64,000 nucleotides of DNA, from positions 25,407,175-25,471,174 of the forward strand of contig NC_092677.1 of the NCBI RefSeq assembly GCF_964355755.1, written 5' to 3'. Origin of the DNA: Antedon mediterranea. Taxonomy: Eukaryota; Animalia; Echinodermata. This document shows, one piece after another, positions 1 to 12,303 of the stretch. Numbering within the stretch: position 1 is the stretch's first letter; each line of letters begins with the position of its first letter. The notes beneath the pieces are model-generated. The model was not told the DNA's origin and did not search any database. It was given only the letters and a program-made list of their open reading frames with translations. Both the position numbers and the translations under genes were made by a program.

Positions 1-1157
1 TCGATTTAGTCGAGGTTGGCCTGATTTAGTCGGTGATTTAGTTGAAGTTCGGTTTATGAATTAAAATGACGTCATTTTTTTAGTTTTAGCTCGAACTACG
101 ACTAAAGTCCGGTTTAAGAATACGGGCGTAAGACTGAGAGAGTCAACTTTTTCTAAAAATGTAATGAATTCTATTTAAGTCATACTACTGTACGTTCCCG
201 CAAAAATTTAAATTGTTATCTGGTGCCTTTGATACAGTTCCAGTGTTCAGATGACTAGATTAGAGGATGTTCGGGTTTTCTGGTGACAGCTGCAGTGGGG
301 TACCCCTTTTTATCATTTATTATCCATTATTTCTAGAAAATGTAACTGTATTTTGTTTTTATTTGAGAAATAAAAAATTATTGATTGATTGATTGGTGAT
401 CCGAGTGCTTAATAAAGTTTTGTAAACACAGCCAAAGCGTTTTCCGCGCCGCTCCTTTAGGTAGTTATGTATACAAGAGAACGGAAGCATTAGGAAACAG
501 TTACCAGTCGGTAGCTTATAGTTTACAGTACTGAGGCTGGGTATTTGGAAACTCGGACTGGGCATTTGCACACCCTAAAGCACGTCTGGGAAAAGAGAGT
601 CTATGAAAACATTAGGGGCTGATAAATATTGAGATGCATGTAGACAGTTGTTATTGTCAGATGAGCGGCGATTTTTGTAAGAAAATGTCTTGTTTATTAT
701 CTATAAAATGTACAAAGTGTGTATACAAATTTAAGACCGTATTAAACTTATTAAATGTTTTGAATATAAATGTAAACAGGCCAGGGGCCTCTGTACATAA
801 AGAAATATATACCCTACTGTAGGCCATGTGTCATGGGAAAACCTTAACCTCTCTAAACCCAGAAGAACTGTTTACACACCATTCACTCATTATTAGGTCA
901 AGCAACACAAATGCTATACTGCACTGTACGTAACTGATAATTTCAATGGAATACCTGTACTGTACAAAGGAAACGATATGGATTAATTAAAACACAATTA
1001 GTTCCTGGCTACTACAGTTAATACAAAGTCACAATTCTGAATTATTGTGCGTCAGCTAAAACAAATATGCAACCAACCCAACTCACCATCTATGACGATG
1101 TTCAATAATCAATAAGACATACAGAACTATAAAAACTAAGATAAGATTAGTGTATAA

Positions 1158-1371
1158 AGCTCTATCTACACTATCAAACTTTATGTAACAAAATGTGATG
1201 TGTGCTCATGTACATGATAATGTCATATCAATCACTAACATATTTGGGCATATCACTAACATATTTGGGCATATCACTAACATATTTGGGCATATCACTA
1301 ACATTGGGCATATCACTACCATATTTGGGCATATCACTAACATATTTGGGCATATCACTACCATATTTGGG
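1158..1371. mobile_element. MITE family A copy (Harbinger/Tourist-like) with internal 21-bp tandem expansion
   Basis: Left TIR AGCTCTATCTACACTATCAAACT followed by about 7 copies of CATATCACTAACATATTTGGG; right TIR lost. This explains the two repetitive ORFs at 1195-1419. Confidence 0.8.
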
Positions 1372-4300
1372 TACAGTACAGTACATTATTATGTATTAAA
1401 TAATAGGATGATGAAATAAACCATCTCTGTCAAATATACTGTACTCAATCTAGATCATAACTATTCATGAATATCTGACCAGGAACGAACCAAACAAAAT
1501 GGATGTTTTCCGCAAAAAAATAAACCAAAATTTGAATAGGGGTCGAGAGTACAGTAAACAAACACTGCTGTTCTATGAATATTTCTTTTCAAACTAAAGA
1601 ATAGCTGTGGGAGGTATGGTATTACAGTATAATCAATTCACTTTTATTTCAGAACAAAGTCCATATCATAACACATAACAATATTCTAAGTTTGTTGTGA
1701 TTTTGGGGGGAAAGGGCACCTTCCTACCAGCCTACTGTACATTATTTAAAAATATAGCTCTGTCTACACTATTAAAACATTATGATGTGCATTGAACATG
1801 ATGATGTCATATCACTAACATATTTGGGCATATCACTACCATATTTTTTTTTTGTCAAACTAGTTTGATAGTGTAGACAGAGCTTTAGATCAGACACTTA
1901 ATCATGTGACACTACCATATTTGGGCACATCACACAAACTAGTTTGATAGTTTTAGAGTGTAAAACCATCCTGGCCACAGGCTTGATAACAGTAATGTAA
2001 ATGGTAAATAAGCTTACATCTCTATCCAGCATCTCTTCTAACATGAAACATCTAACAGGAAATGCCTTTTACAGTATATAAACAACAATTTTGTGGCAAC
2101 TTTAGGCTATATCATCCTGCCCAGTATTCAGAGGATCGCACCAGCAGATAGAATTAAATCCAACAGATGTATTGTATAAAAACAGCTAGATTAAAAATAT
2201 GAGAAAACAGTATGTCGAATCTGAGGAAATGTGTATTTGGCATTAGCCCTGAGAGACAAGAGAAATAGAGGCAGGCCAAGCTGCTTATTGGATAAGGTTT
2301 GTCCTTAATGTTTTCCAATTAGGGTCAAATGTCTGTAGAGTATAGAGGTCAACTTGGGGTCACTGATTTGAGAATTGAGAACATAAGATTAGAAGCATAG
2401 CAATTAATACATTTACAAGTATAATATGGTATACAGGCTAAAGAAATATAGTCATGAAATAAAAATTAAATATCTTACTTTATAAATTGAAGATGATAAT
2501 AATATTATATTTCCAACAGAAATTCTTCCACACAATATGTAATCACTTTCTCATCCAGTCTTCTAAAAATTTATTATGAATGCTCAACTTACAAAATGAC
2601 TGTACTAGTACAGAACAATGGTCACTTTCTGCTATGGTACGCAATTGCAGTCAAAAGCTTATTGGCGAATCACAACAATACATACAGACAATACAATTCT
2701 CGTTTGATAATACAGCTGGTTAAAGATTGACATGTGACCAAATCACAATAAACAAACCGAAAAGACAATTAGAGCTAACACGTGCCTACACTTTCAGATT
2801 TCAATAATTGTTAAACAATATCCATTAAATGGGCGATAAGGTGTTCAAGTCAAGACAATAGAATAGGTCTTTTTAATAGAATAGACACTCCTCTTCTGTG
2901 TGTGCTACAACATCTGATCTTTTGTATAAGGTGTTTAATAATCAATTTAAAGAATTACATTGTCAGTGTTAACGGCTGCTAGTAATTAACGACTTCCCAC
3001 ATCTCAACATTTCACCAGTACAATATATTGACAATTGTGTAACAAAGTACAAAGAAATTTTGAAATGTATTAAACAAAGAAAATTATTTATTAGAATTCA
3101 AGAGAACAACAACATATGGTCAGGATTACAACAAGTTGGTATAGTAGGTTTGTTCTCGCAACAGCTCTCACTAGCCCAACATTAATACACCAAGTCCACA
3201 TGCCCGTTGCTTGCTTGCCCAAAATAAATACAAACTACCTGCTGTGGACTAATTAAATGGTTATTTTTCACTAGATAAATCACAATAAACTGTACGGTAT
3301 GTTAGCAAAGATAGACGACAGAATATAAAAAAAACTGTTTGTTCCATTTGTAAATTTAAAACATTTGCTAAACAGTGATTTAGAAATATTGGCATTTATT
3401 GGTGGTATTATCTTCCATACAACACATTAAGGATCAAAATGACCTTAAATTATTTTAAAACATATTTATTTAAACAATTATGAATTATCTTAGAACTAAA
3501 AGTGCCTCCAACACACATAAATAGGAAGGTGCTATGTACAGTAATAATTAATATTAGTATTTAACATACCATTATCTGACGGGCGTGTGATATTTTAATT
3601 TGTATTAATGTTCTTCTTTTCAAAATGTATTCCTCCCTTCGGAGAGAGGGTAATGTTGGTTTATCCATGTAAGCTAGGCACGAAAGAGACTTAAGTAAGT
3701 TACAGTACTTAGCTCATGTGCCCATACTATGATCTCACAGTGTCACACCAATTTTAACTAGCCAACTACGAGAAGAATAGTGACGCATTTTAATAATAAA
3801 AAAAATATTATTAAAAATTAGTCTTTGCATCACAATAGGCAAGGCCATAGCGAAAGGTTAAAAGAAGTATGAGGCAAAGATGCTTTAAATATAATTATTA
3901 ATATTTATGGCAATCTGTGCTGGGGAATTGAGGTGGGTGGAAATTTTCAGAGAAGGCGAGTGCTTCGTCTGCCTCATGCCGACTACGGCCCTGATAAATA
4001 CAATCAAAGTGTAATTTACTGGATACTACTATACAGTCTGTGACTTGCTATATCAATTGTTCTAACAGCTTTAGAAAATTTAATATTTTAAAACGCAAAT
4101 TGTTTGATGTTTTATTAAAATGATTTAGTTTTTCCTGCACTTAAAATTGAATGTAATATTTATTGATTTTCAGAATATCCTACTGTTTCTTAATAAACTT
4201 TTTTTGCATCTGTTTTTTTTAAAATAAATTTGTCTTTTCTTTGCAGTCTCAAATGCTAATTAAAAATTGAAAAGGTTGAATTATTAATAGGTATATCAAA

Positions 4301-5220
4301 TAGAATGCATTTCAATTAAAATCAATTAAAATGGTTGAAATAACCTTTACATTTTATTCCCAAGGGTAAAGGTCGGTGTGAAAATACTTTACAATATACC
4401 TTTTTTTAAAAACTTAATTATTTTAATTAAAAAAACATTTTTTTTTCATAATTAGTAACTACTGCATTGATCAATAGTTGAATCCTGTGTTGACTTATTG
4501 GAAATTCTTGGCTTACTATTCTGAATTTGAATAATTGTCAGATCACATTTGGAGTGTTGTTAGTGTTAATCAAATAATCAAACAAGATAATACTGTAGGT
4601 GCTTGAATTTATATTATTGTGCAATTTCAGCCAACCTAGCTAACAGAAATAATGAGATTTTAAAATGAAGATGAGAGACATAGATACAATGTGGTAAAAT
4701 GTTTAAAATACAGTTATCTGATTAGCCAGAAGAAGAAAGTCATCACTGTCTTTTGTATTTACTATTTGTATAATAATATATATATTCAAAATTCAGACAA
4801 TTTTATTTTTACACAAAAAAAGAGTTGATCTAGGCTAGGCGCCTAGCTAGGCCTATTTATTTACCTGCTCAACAGGACAAAAACTAATTGTTTGCATACT
4901 TTTTGGAGAGACTATGCGTGCATATAGAGTACTACTACGGCATATTCATAACCATAAACATACAGCGACCCTTTCTTTACCTCGGTGGTCTAGCCACTCA
5001 CTGGCCTGCAGAATCCTACGTTAGTTAGCTAGGCTAGATAGGCAGCCCGCATATACACAAAGGCTAGCTAGGCCTACTTACTAGAAAAGTTAGGCTTGCG
5101 TACTGTAACTTGCAGGCACATAAAATAACACAATAGCCTATAGGCTAGCTAGCCTAGGCCTCTAGTAGGCTAGGCTCCTAGGCTAGTAGTAACCTCAGTA
5201 AAATATTTTAAAAGACCTAC

Positions 5221-5376
5221 CATAAAGTGCAGAGATTCACCTTAATAATCGACATGTTCGTGAAAAGTTATCCATGATTTATTTTTAGTTTTCCCGTTCT
5301 AAATATTACACCTATTTCGCACTCTCTAAATTCAAGCTCAGAAAACTCCTTGTTTTGCTTTTCAGAAACCGGAAGT
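5221..5376 (-). other. Probable first exon/promoter of an unidentified minus-strand gene extending left out of the window
   Basis: Minus-strand donor TG|GTAGGT at 5220, ETS-like CCGGAAGT at 5369-5376, and a CTAG/AGGCCT-rich patch just inside the putative intron as in other genes here. No convincing downstream coding exon found. Confidence 0.35.
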
Positions 5377-6419
5377 AACATAAATAGGGTTCACACGAGG
5401 CTGTCGTTCGATCGTTGTCAGACTACATAGAGGGCGGTACACATCTTTAAAGAAATCTTTTTTATGAAATATAGATGTTAAACATTTCCTGTTTATTTGT
5501 AATAAGTTACATTGTATTAGAATGGAAGAATTACAAACACTTCAACATAAACTTATTGCAATAAATTGTGTAGATACTTGGGTAAATTTTATTTCTGGTG
5601 ACCTATCTATTAAGGTTCAATATGTCCTAGGAAGCACGTTATTCCATAAAAATAACTCTCACGACATTTATGCTGTATTTGACAGTTATTGTAAAATGTA
5701 CACAAGCCGTGCTTGGAAATTAAGAAATGCAATTGTATTACAAATTTGAACTGTTTTATTTTTTTTTTAAAAGTGTTTTCTTTTCCATTGCTGTTGCAAA
5801 ATTAGTAGTTGTATATTAGTGTAGTTTTAGTTTTTAAATAAGTTTTGTAATAGCGTCGAGTCAAATTTTATGTCTATCTCAAATATGTTTTATTTTCGTT
5901 TCAGTTTTTATTTTTCATTGTTTTTGTATTGAATTTTGTAATTGGTATGGACGCACCATCTACGCATGTGTGCCACTGTTAAAAAAGTGTTGTTCCAAAT
6001 AAATATTATTATTATTATTATATATTATTTGGGAACGGATCCCAAAATTATTTTTATTAAAATAAAATCAAAAACATCATGAGAGCCTATTCTTTTAAAC
6101 AATTCATTTATGCAAAAATGTAAGATTTATTTAATATATTACAAAACTTTTTTGAAATTATTTATTGCAATAATGCATTGCATATGTATTTAAACAAAAT
6201 AGAGAATGATGCACTAGCCAGGCTAGTCATCGGCATCTTTACACGTTTCTATTTATTTGTTCCTAATTTTCTACATAACTCAGGTGGTGTTCTTAAAATT
6301 GAGGGTGCCAAACATAAATTTACGAGATAGAGAAAGAAGGCAGGTAGCCACAGAAGAAAAAAATATTATGGTGTGCTCCCTTGCCTCTAGCACGGAAAGG
6401 CTCTCTCGCAGCCTTAGGG

Positions 6420-6608
6420 TACCATAACATCAGATGCTTTGATGATCGCCTTATGATGTGTTGTGTGGTGGAAAGGAGAGTGAACCCCAAACACAGAAGC
6501 TCGCATAGCTTTCAATCTATTCCACCGACTTTCATGGATCGATTCGATCCCATGAATTCGTGTTTCTTCTGTTATCAACACGACGCTGCCGACTGAGCTA
6601 TCCGGTCA
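6420..6608 (-). mobile_element. Degraded tRNA-derived SINE
   Basis: Minus strand begins GACCGGATAGCTCAGTCGG (A box) ... GGGATCGAATCG (B box-like), followed by a non-tRNA body. Confidence 0.45.
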
Positions 6609-7342
6609 TCTTCTTTATAGCAAGGTTAAAACTAGATTCGTTTACTCAAAATTACGTTCATGAATATGCACATTTATGAAGTAACGATAAAGAATGACGT
6701 AATATGAAGCGCGTATAAGAATATATTATGTTGTCATCACGCTTCACTCGGGCACATTGTGGTGGCATAACGAGTAGAGCTCCAGTTACTATTGCTCTAT
6801 TAGCTGGAGTTCGAACTCTACGTTTTTGGTTTTTTTAATAAATATAAAGTGTTTTTTGGGTTTTTTTTGGAAAGACATACATTTAGAGAGTCAAGTTCAA
6901 TTTTGGATATATGCAGGGGTTGGTCCTGGTGACTTCCAATTTCGCAACTATATTTTTCAAAATTCTAATAGATCCACCCAACCAAGGTGGGCTGGTCCTG
7001 TATACTTAGGCCTATAATTTCCTTTCATATATATAAATGTATACGTGCAATTAGTTTCTTTTAACTAAAATCACCTTTCTGTCAATTTCAAAATGTCGAT
7101 AATAGACCCTACATTTTGTACGTTATGATAATAATTATTTAGGTACACACGTGTGTTACGTAACTTCTCGCATTCCTTACACATGAGGGCGCTCGAATCA
7201 AAACAACAACAAAATTAGCAAGGCTATAATACACACACCAGACGAACTCATCCTGTCACGGTACGAGAGCATCACGAGTGAGCGAAATGTTTCAAGCATG
7301 GAGGGCCTAGCGACGTAGACTTGGCAAAACATTTCTGAGCAA

Positions 7343-10300
7343 ATGACAGATGATAGGAATTTCCGGTCACATTATTATGAAAAGGTTGGATTTCGTGGAG
7401 TTGAGGAAAAGAAATCATTGCAAATTCTCCTTAAAGATGATCCTCTTGGTAGGTTTTTTGTGTGGTGTTAAAAAAAGGAGAAGACCATCCTAGATTCCTA
7501 GTAAGACTGAGCCTACTTACTAGCTACTAGGCTCTCTAGCTAGTCTAGCATGCAGCAGACCTGCACGAAGTCTATGCAGAGAGATGGAGGCCTCTCTGTT
7601 ACGGTAACAGAGAGGCTCCCAGGAATTATTTGTGAAATACTTAATGTTAAAATTAATATCTTTTCTCTAAATTGTCTACGTATGTGATCGGCCTCTCCTC
7701 CTCCTGTGTCTAGTAGATATCGTAGATCAACCTCGTAGAGCCTATCCTAAACTAACTAAATAGTAATAGTAATACATTACTGGTCTGAGTTTGTCAGGTC
7801 TGGTGGCCAGGACCAGGAATTATTTGTGAAATACTAAATGTTAAAATTAATATCTTTTCTCTAATAAATTGTTAGATGACCAAAAGCTGGCAGTGTTCTG
7901 TCAGCGGTTCCCAGTTCCAGTGATGTATCGTCAACTGGTGTGGAAGGTGTTGCTTGGTAAGAACAAAGTATATTTATTTGTGTAACTTTTTGTTACTGAA
8001 TAAGATAGCCTTACCCTAATCCTTCTATTCTAAATAAGGAAACAAGAATAAACAGCTTTCGTCTTACTACTGCCTGTTGTGATAAGAACATTCATTCCCA
8101 TTTTTATTTTTTTCATATAGATATTCTCCCAGTTCATCAATCAGTACATCAGTTTGTATGGCAACAGAGGTCAGAACAATGCAATGACCTGCAAAGGTCA
8201 CTAAAGGTCATGAATATTATCAATGACAAAACTCCACAGGATGACGTTATTTTTAAGATGTATCTTTTACAAGAAGGATTGTTACCACTTGAGGAGAGCT
8301 GTCTGGTAATGCACTTGTCAATTGTATGACCCACTATACGACCCCCGGGAGAGGTGCGTCATGGGTGCGTCATTTACAAATAATTCCTGACGCAGGGGTG
8401 CGTCAAAAAACCTAGATGGTATACGTCACATCAATGAACAAGGTGTGTCAATGTCCGTCACTTTACCACCCACCATATCATAAACAACATGGTCACAGTG
8501 CGTCAAAATGGGTGCGTCATGGTCACCTAAAGGTAAGTCACCGTTTTGACGCACGGGTGCATCATGGTATTCAAAAGTATGACGCACATCGGACAAATGA
8601 CGCACCTCTCCCGGGGGTCGTATAGTGGGTCATACAATTGACAAGTGCATAAGATCATCACTTCATCTTTGCGGAAATACCGTATGTACTGTGGTTTAAT
8701 CCCACCCACCTAGAACAAAAATTGGCCTGACTTTGGGAGGTGGGACTGTACCCGGAGAAACCCTGGTTCAAGAAAAAAATGATTGGTAACATTTCTTGTA
8801 AAAATGCATCTAGAAATGGATATGCCTGTTTGTGAAATCAGACATAAAGTAGGGGGTGGGATTATACACAAGGTGGGATTATATACAAGGAGGAATTATA
8901 CACAAGGTGGGATTATACACGAGGATATACAGTAATGTATCATTTAATTTATTCAAATTTTATCTGAATTCTTTTGGGATAAAATGGTGTAAAATGATAT
9001 ATATACTACAAGTCCTAATTGTCACATTTAATTTCAGAATGACATTGAAGACGCGGCCGTTTACATTGATTTAGCAAATGCGGCCTGCGAAATGACGGAG
9101 GACTTGCATGAAGCCTATTGGTTGACCTTTAGAATATATCAACTACGTGAAAAGCATTCCGAATTGTTGGATACAATGGTAAAAGATGGTTAAGATATTC
9201 ATACTAGCTTTATTTCGTGCCTGGCTTACCTGGATAAACCAACACTAGCCTCTCTCTTTGTTCAGTTAAAATTTTGAGTCTTACTAGCTTATATAGTCTA
9301 TTTCATGCCTAGCTTACCTGGATAAACTAACACTAGCCTCTCTCTTTGTTCAGTTAAAATTTTGAGTCTTATTAGCTTATATAGTCTATTTCATGGCTAG
9401 CTTACCTGGATAAACCAACACTAGCCTCTCTCTTTGTTCAGTTAAAATTTTGAGTCTTACTAGCTTTTATAGTCTATTTCATGGCTAGCTTACCTGGATA
9501 AACCAACATTAGCTTCTCTCTCCGAAGAGAGGAATACATTTCAAAAAGAAGAACATTAAAATACATTAAAGTAGAGGGTACTCCGAGAGTACAAACCTCC
9601 ACCTACTGTAAAATTCCCCTTTATAAAATGTCCCCGGAAAATATATATATATTTTTTTAATTCTTTTTTATTAGTCTAAGTTTAAATAGGCTAACTGCAC
9701 ACTACATTGTTGGATAAAAACTGTGGTCTCTAGGCAGTAAAATAGATTTTTTGTTTAGTTGCGACCTTGACCTATGACCTTTTCCCCTCAAAGTCGAACT
9801 CGTCCAAGCTTTTGGGGCATAGATCATTGTGGCCCAATTTGGCCATATTAGGATGAAAACTGTGGCCTCCAGGCTGTTCACAAACAGACAGACAGACACA
9901 CAATCAAACATACAGGGGTGAAAATATAACCTCCTTGGCGGAGGTAAATATCACAAACAAGAAAGTGTGATATGGTAGTGATACAACATCATCATGTTCT
10001 TATATGGGCACATCACATTTTTGTTGTCACATAAAGTTTGATAGTGTAGAAAGTCTTGATAAGTAGATAAGAACAGGTGAACACTTCATTTAAATATATT
10101 TAAATTTTTCTAGCCATCTTCATTTCTCTGCTATCTATCAAAGGAGGACCCTGCTTTAATTGAACACCTTACGATTCTAAGATGTTGCAAGAGTCTGCCG
10201 TATGAAAAGTGGTTCCAGTCAATGTTTGCATCAGTTTTCCCAGTCAGTACAGTTGAAAGGTAATGTGTAGTCTATTTTGTGCCTAGCTTACATGGATAAA

Positions 10301-11213
10301 CTGACAATAGACTATTCCCCTGCAAGAGTGACATATAACTCAAAATTTAAAAATGTTACCCCTCTCCACACAATGGTATAGTTCACAAAGTACACCCTAA
10401 TCAATAATGTATTTTCAACACATAGCAAGTGGTAATATCTTGCCTATTAAAAGCCTATAACTAAAGTCATACTTTCTAAACCTTTAAATAGGGATAGCTA
10501 GTTTATAAGCGGGTTGTAGGAATCAATAATTAACTATTTACCCTAAAAAAACACTTTTTTCTAGGATATGGGACAGGTTTATCGGTGGGTCACATAAATT
10601 CCTCGTCTTTGTTGCTGTAGCTGTTTTTCTGACGTATAAAATGCAACTAAGAAGTAAAAAGAGTCGAGAAGATCTGCTGAATTTTCTAGCAAATGTATGT
10701 TTTCTTATATTATATTTGTTTAGTCTCTCACTCTTGTATTAGATAATACAATTCTGAATCATAATATTTCCATAACAATTAAAACAAATAAAATTGATAA
10801 AACCCTAGGAATCTTTTAAATATCCTCTATGTATAGTACCTTTGTCCTTAAAAACTTTAGACTGTCTATTTCGTGCCTAGCTTACCTGGATAAACCGACA
10901 AATGCCATATTCCCCTCGAAAAGCAAGATTTACTCAAAAAGTAGAAAATTCATTGAACACCCCTCTCTGTAAATGGTACAGTCCACAAACCATTATTTTT
11001 AAGGCATGAAATAGAAAACATGTCTGACAAAGAGCTTGTAATACACAGTGGATTTGCTGTGTGCAAAGAAAGCACTTGTAGACTACCAACACCATTTCTG
11101 GTTTCTGAATCATGTTCTTTGATCTCTGTCAGGTTCCATCTGAGAACTGTGAAGTAATGCTTGTGAAAGCATCAGAACTCTGGGAGAAATATGGTACTAC
11201 GAAAGCAGACTGA
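7343..11213 (+). CDS. TBC1D7: TBC1 domain family member 7 (TSC complex subunit), 7 exons: 7343-7448, 7876-7956, 8121-8305, 9038-9178, 10114-10259, 10565-10694, 11133-11213
   Basis: N-terminus [35 protein letters not shown]...[20 protein letters not shown] matches the diagnostic TBC1D7 start; GT-AG introns keep frame; stop TGA at 11211-11213. Confidence 0.95.
8310..8649. mobile_element. Young non-autonomous TIR element (Harbinger-like, TAA TSD)
   Basis: Perfect ~53-bp TIR TGCACTTGTCAATTGTATGACCCACTATACGACCCCCGGGAGAGGTGCGTCAT; TAA at 8307-8309 and 8650-8652; internal GGTGCGTCA/TGACGCAC repeats. Confidence 0.85.
8680..8931. mobile_element. Tigger/pogo-like MITE
   Basis: TA-CCGTAT ... ATACAG-TA ends; internal GGTGGGATTATACACAA repeats. 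Confidence 0.45.
9208..9520 (+). repeat. Tandem array of about 3.5 copies of a ~92-bp unit derived from a dispersed repeat end
   Basis: Unit TATAGTCTATTTCATGCCTAGCTTACCTGGATAAACCAACACTAGCCTCTCTCTTTGTTCAGTTAAAATTTTGAGTC; the same core is dispersed at ~3650-3690 (rc), 10269, 10863 and 13692. Confidence 0.85.
9570..9948 (-). mobile_element. Non-autonomous Helentron/DINE-like element
   Basis: Minus strand: T-run, ACCTCCGCCAAGGAGGT hairpin/subTIR, (GTCT)n microsatellite, 3' subTIR GGTGGAGGT, hairpin GTACTCTCGGAGTAC, T-run; no TSD. Confidence 0.75.
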
Positions 11214-11579
11214 TGGAGCAGCCACAGAAATATTCACAGGGTCGTCAAGCAGCTCAACACACTATAAATGTACTCCTTATGATCGGGATTGTCTGCTAAT
11301 GTTCTCTAAGACGGCCAAAATATGCTATAATAATGTATAGTAGCAATACTGCTTCTTGTTGATATAAAGTTTGCGGTACACCACGTGTATTAGTTCTGAA
11401 AAGAACTGTTGAGTTTCTCGACGTTTTGATCAATATACTTTGATCGTCAACATTTGATTTCGCCATGCAAACCTTCAAACAATATAATACTGCTTCAATA
11501 CCATAGTCTGTATTTTGGAAACAAAATGGATCGATAGAAGAGGTAGAGCTACGGTTTGGATATAGCAGAATGTTTGTAA

Positions 11580-11702
11580 AGCTCTGTCTTCACTATCAAA
11601 CTTTATTTGACAAAAAAATGTGATGTGCCCATATATAAACACAATGATGTCATATCACTACTGTATTTAGGCACATCATGCTTTGATAGTGTGGACAGAG
11701 CT
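11580..11702. mobile_element. MITE family A copy (downstream of the TBC1D7 stop)
   Basis: AGCTCTGTCT-CACTATCAAACT ... TTTGATAGTGTGGACAGAGCT. Confidence 0.8.
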
Positions 11703-11961
11703 CAAGAGAGTCTTTTCAAAACGTCACCTCATATTCCTTTACAAACCTTGGACTCTATTTGATATCAAAGATACTTATAATATTATAGATACACATCATA
11801 TTCATTAATTTTATTCAATTAATCTTTCCTTGTTAATTAAATATTTATTTTAACTGGTTGGTTGTTTGAGACTGGTTTCCATAGAAACATGAATGAAACA
11901 TAGATTAACGTATTAAATTAATTGTGATTACACAACTGGTAATTGAATTAATTTAATTAAA

Positions 11962-12303
11962 GTCTATATATGGTACAGGTTCTTGTCAGATCACCGAAGT
12001 TAAGCAATATTTGGCCTGGTTAGAGCTTGGATGGGAGACTATCTGGGAATACCGGGTGCTGTATATGGAGCTAGGGTCCTGTTAGGCAATTGAAATCAGC
12101 ACTGTTGACTCTTATGGCAGCCCCTGCATCTAGTATCTGCCTCAGACGTATTGGGTTATTCCTCTCCTCTGGTTAAGGTGGGCACTGGACGAGAGAAGCC
12201 CTTGACCAACCAAATGTGCTTTAAACAATCCTGGCTTAGTCATCATTCAGATGAATGTAAGACTAATTGACATTGTCGTTTACGACAGAAGTCGGCCATA
12301 AAA
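11962..12303 (+). mobile_element. 5S rRNA-derived SINE (SINE3-like) or 5S pseudogene with appended body
   Basis: 11982-12063 GTCAGATCACCGAAGTTAAGC...GGCCTGGTTAGAGCTTGGATGGGAGACTATCTGGGAATACCGGGTGCTGTA matches the 3' two-thirds of 5S rRNA (box A, box C); 5' part degraded; continues into ~240 bp of GC-richer sequence without a T-run terminator. Confidence 0.7.

Noticed and set aside
1195-1419. Repeat-protein ORFs and a CRISPR-like look
   Set aside because: Contiguous 21-bp tandem units from a MITE, with no spacers or cas genes, in eukaryotic DNA.
2010-2565. Candidate minus-strand coding exons with AG/GT borders (~2018-2051, ~2479-2562)
   Set aside because: One has stops in all three frames and the other is not in frame with the putative first exon; no recognisable product.
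6760-6822. tRNA gene
   Set aside because: A/B-box-like words are present but no convincing cloverleaf or acceptor stem; at most a decayed SINE head.
9208-9520. CRISPR-like periodic repeat
   Set aside because: The whole ~92-bp unit repeats; there are no unique spacers.
11962-12063. Functional 5S rRNA gene
   Set aside because: 5' part deleted or diverged, many substitutions, no T-run terminator.
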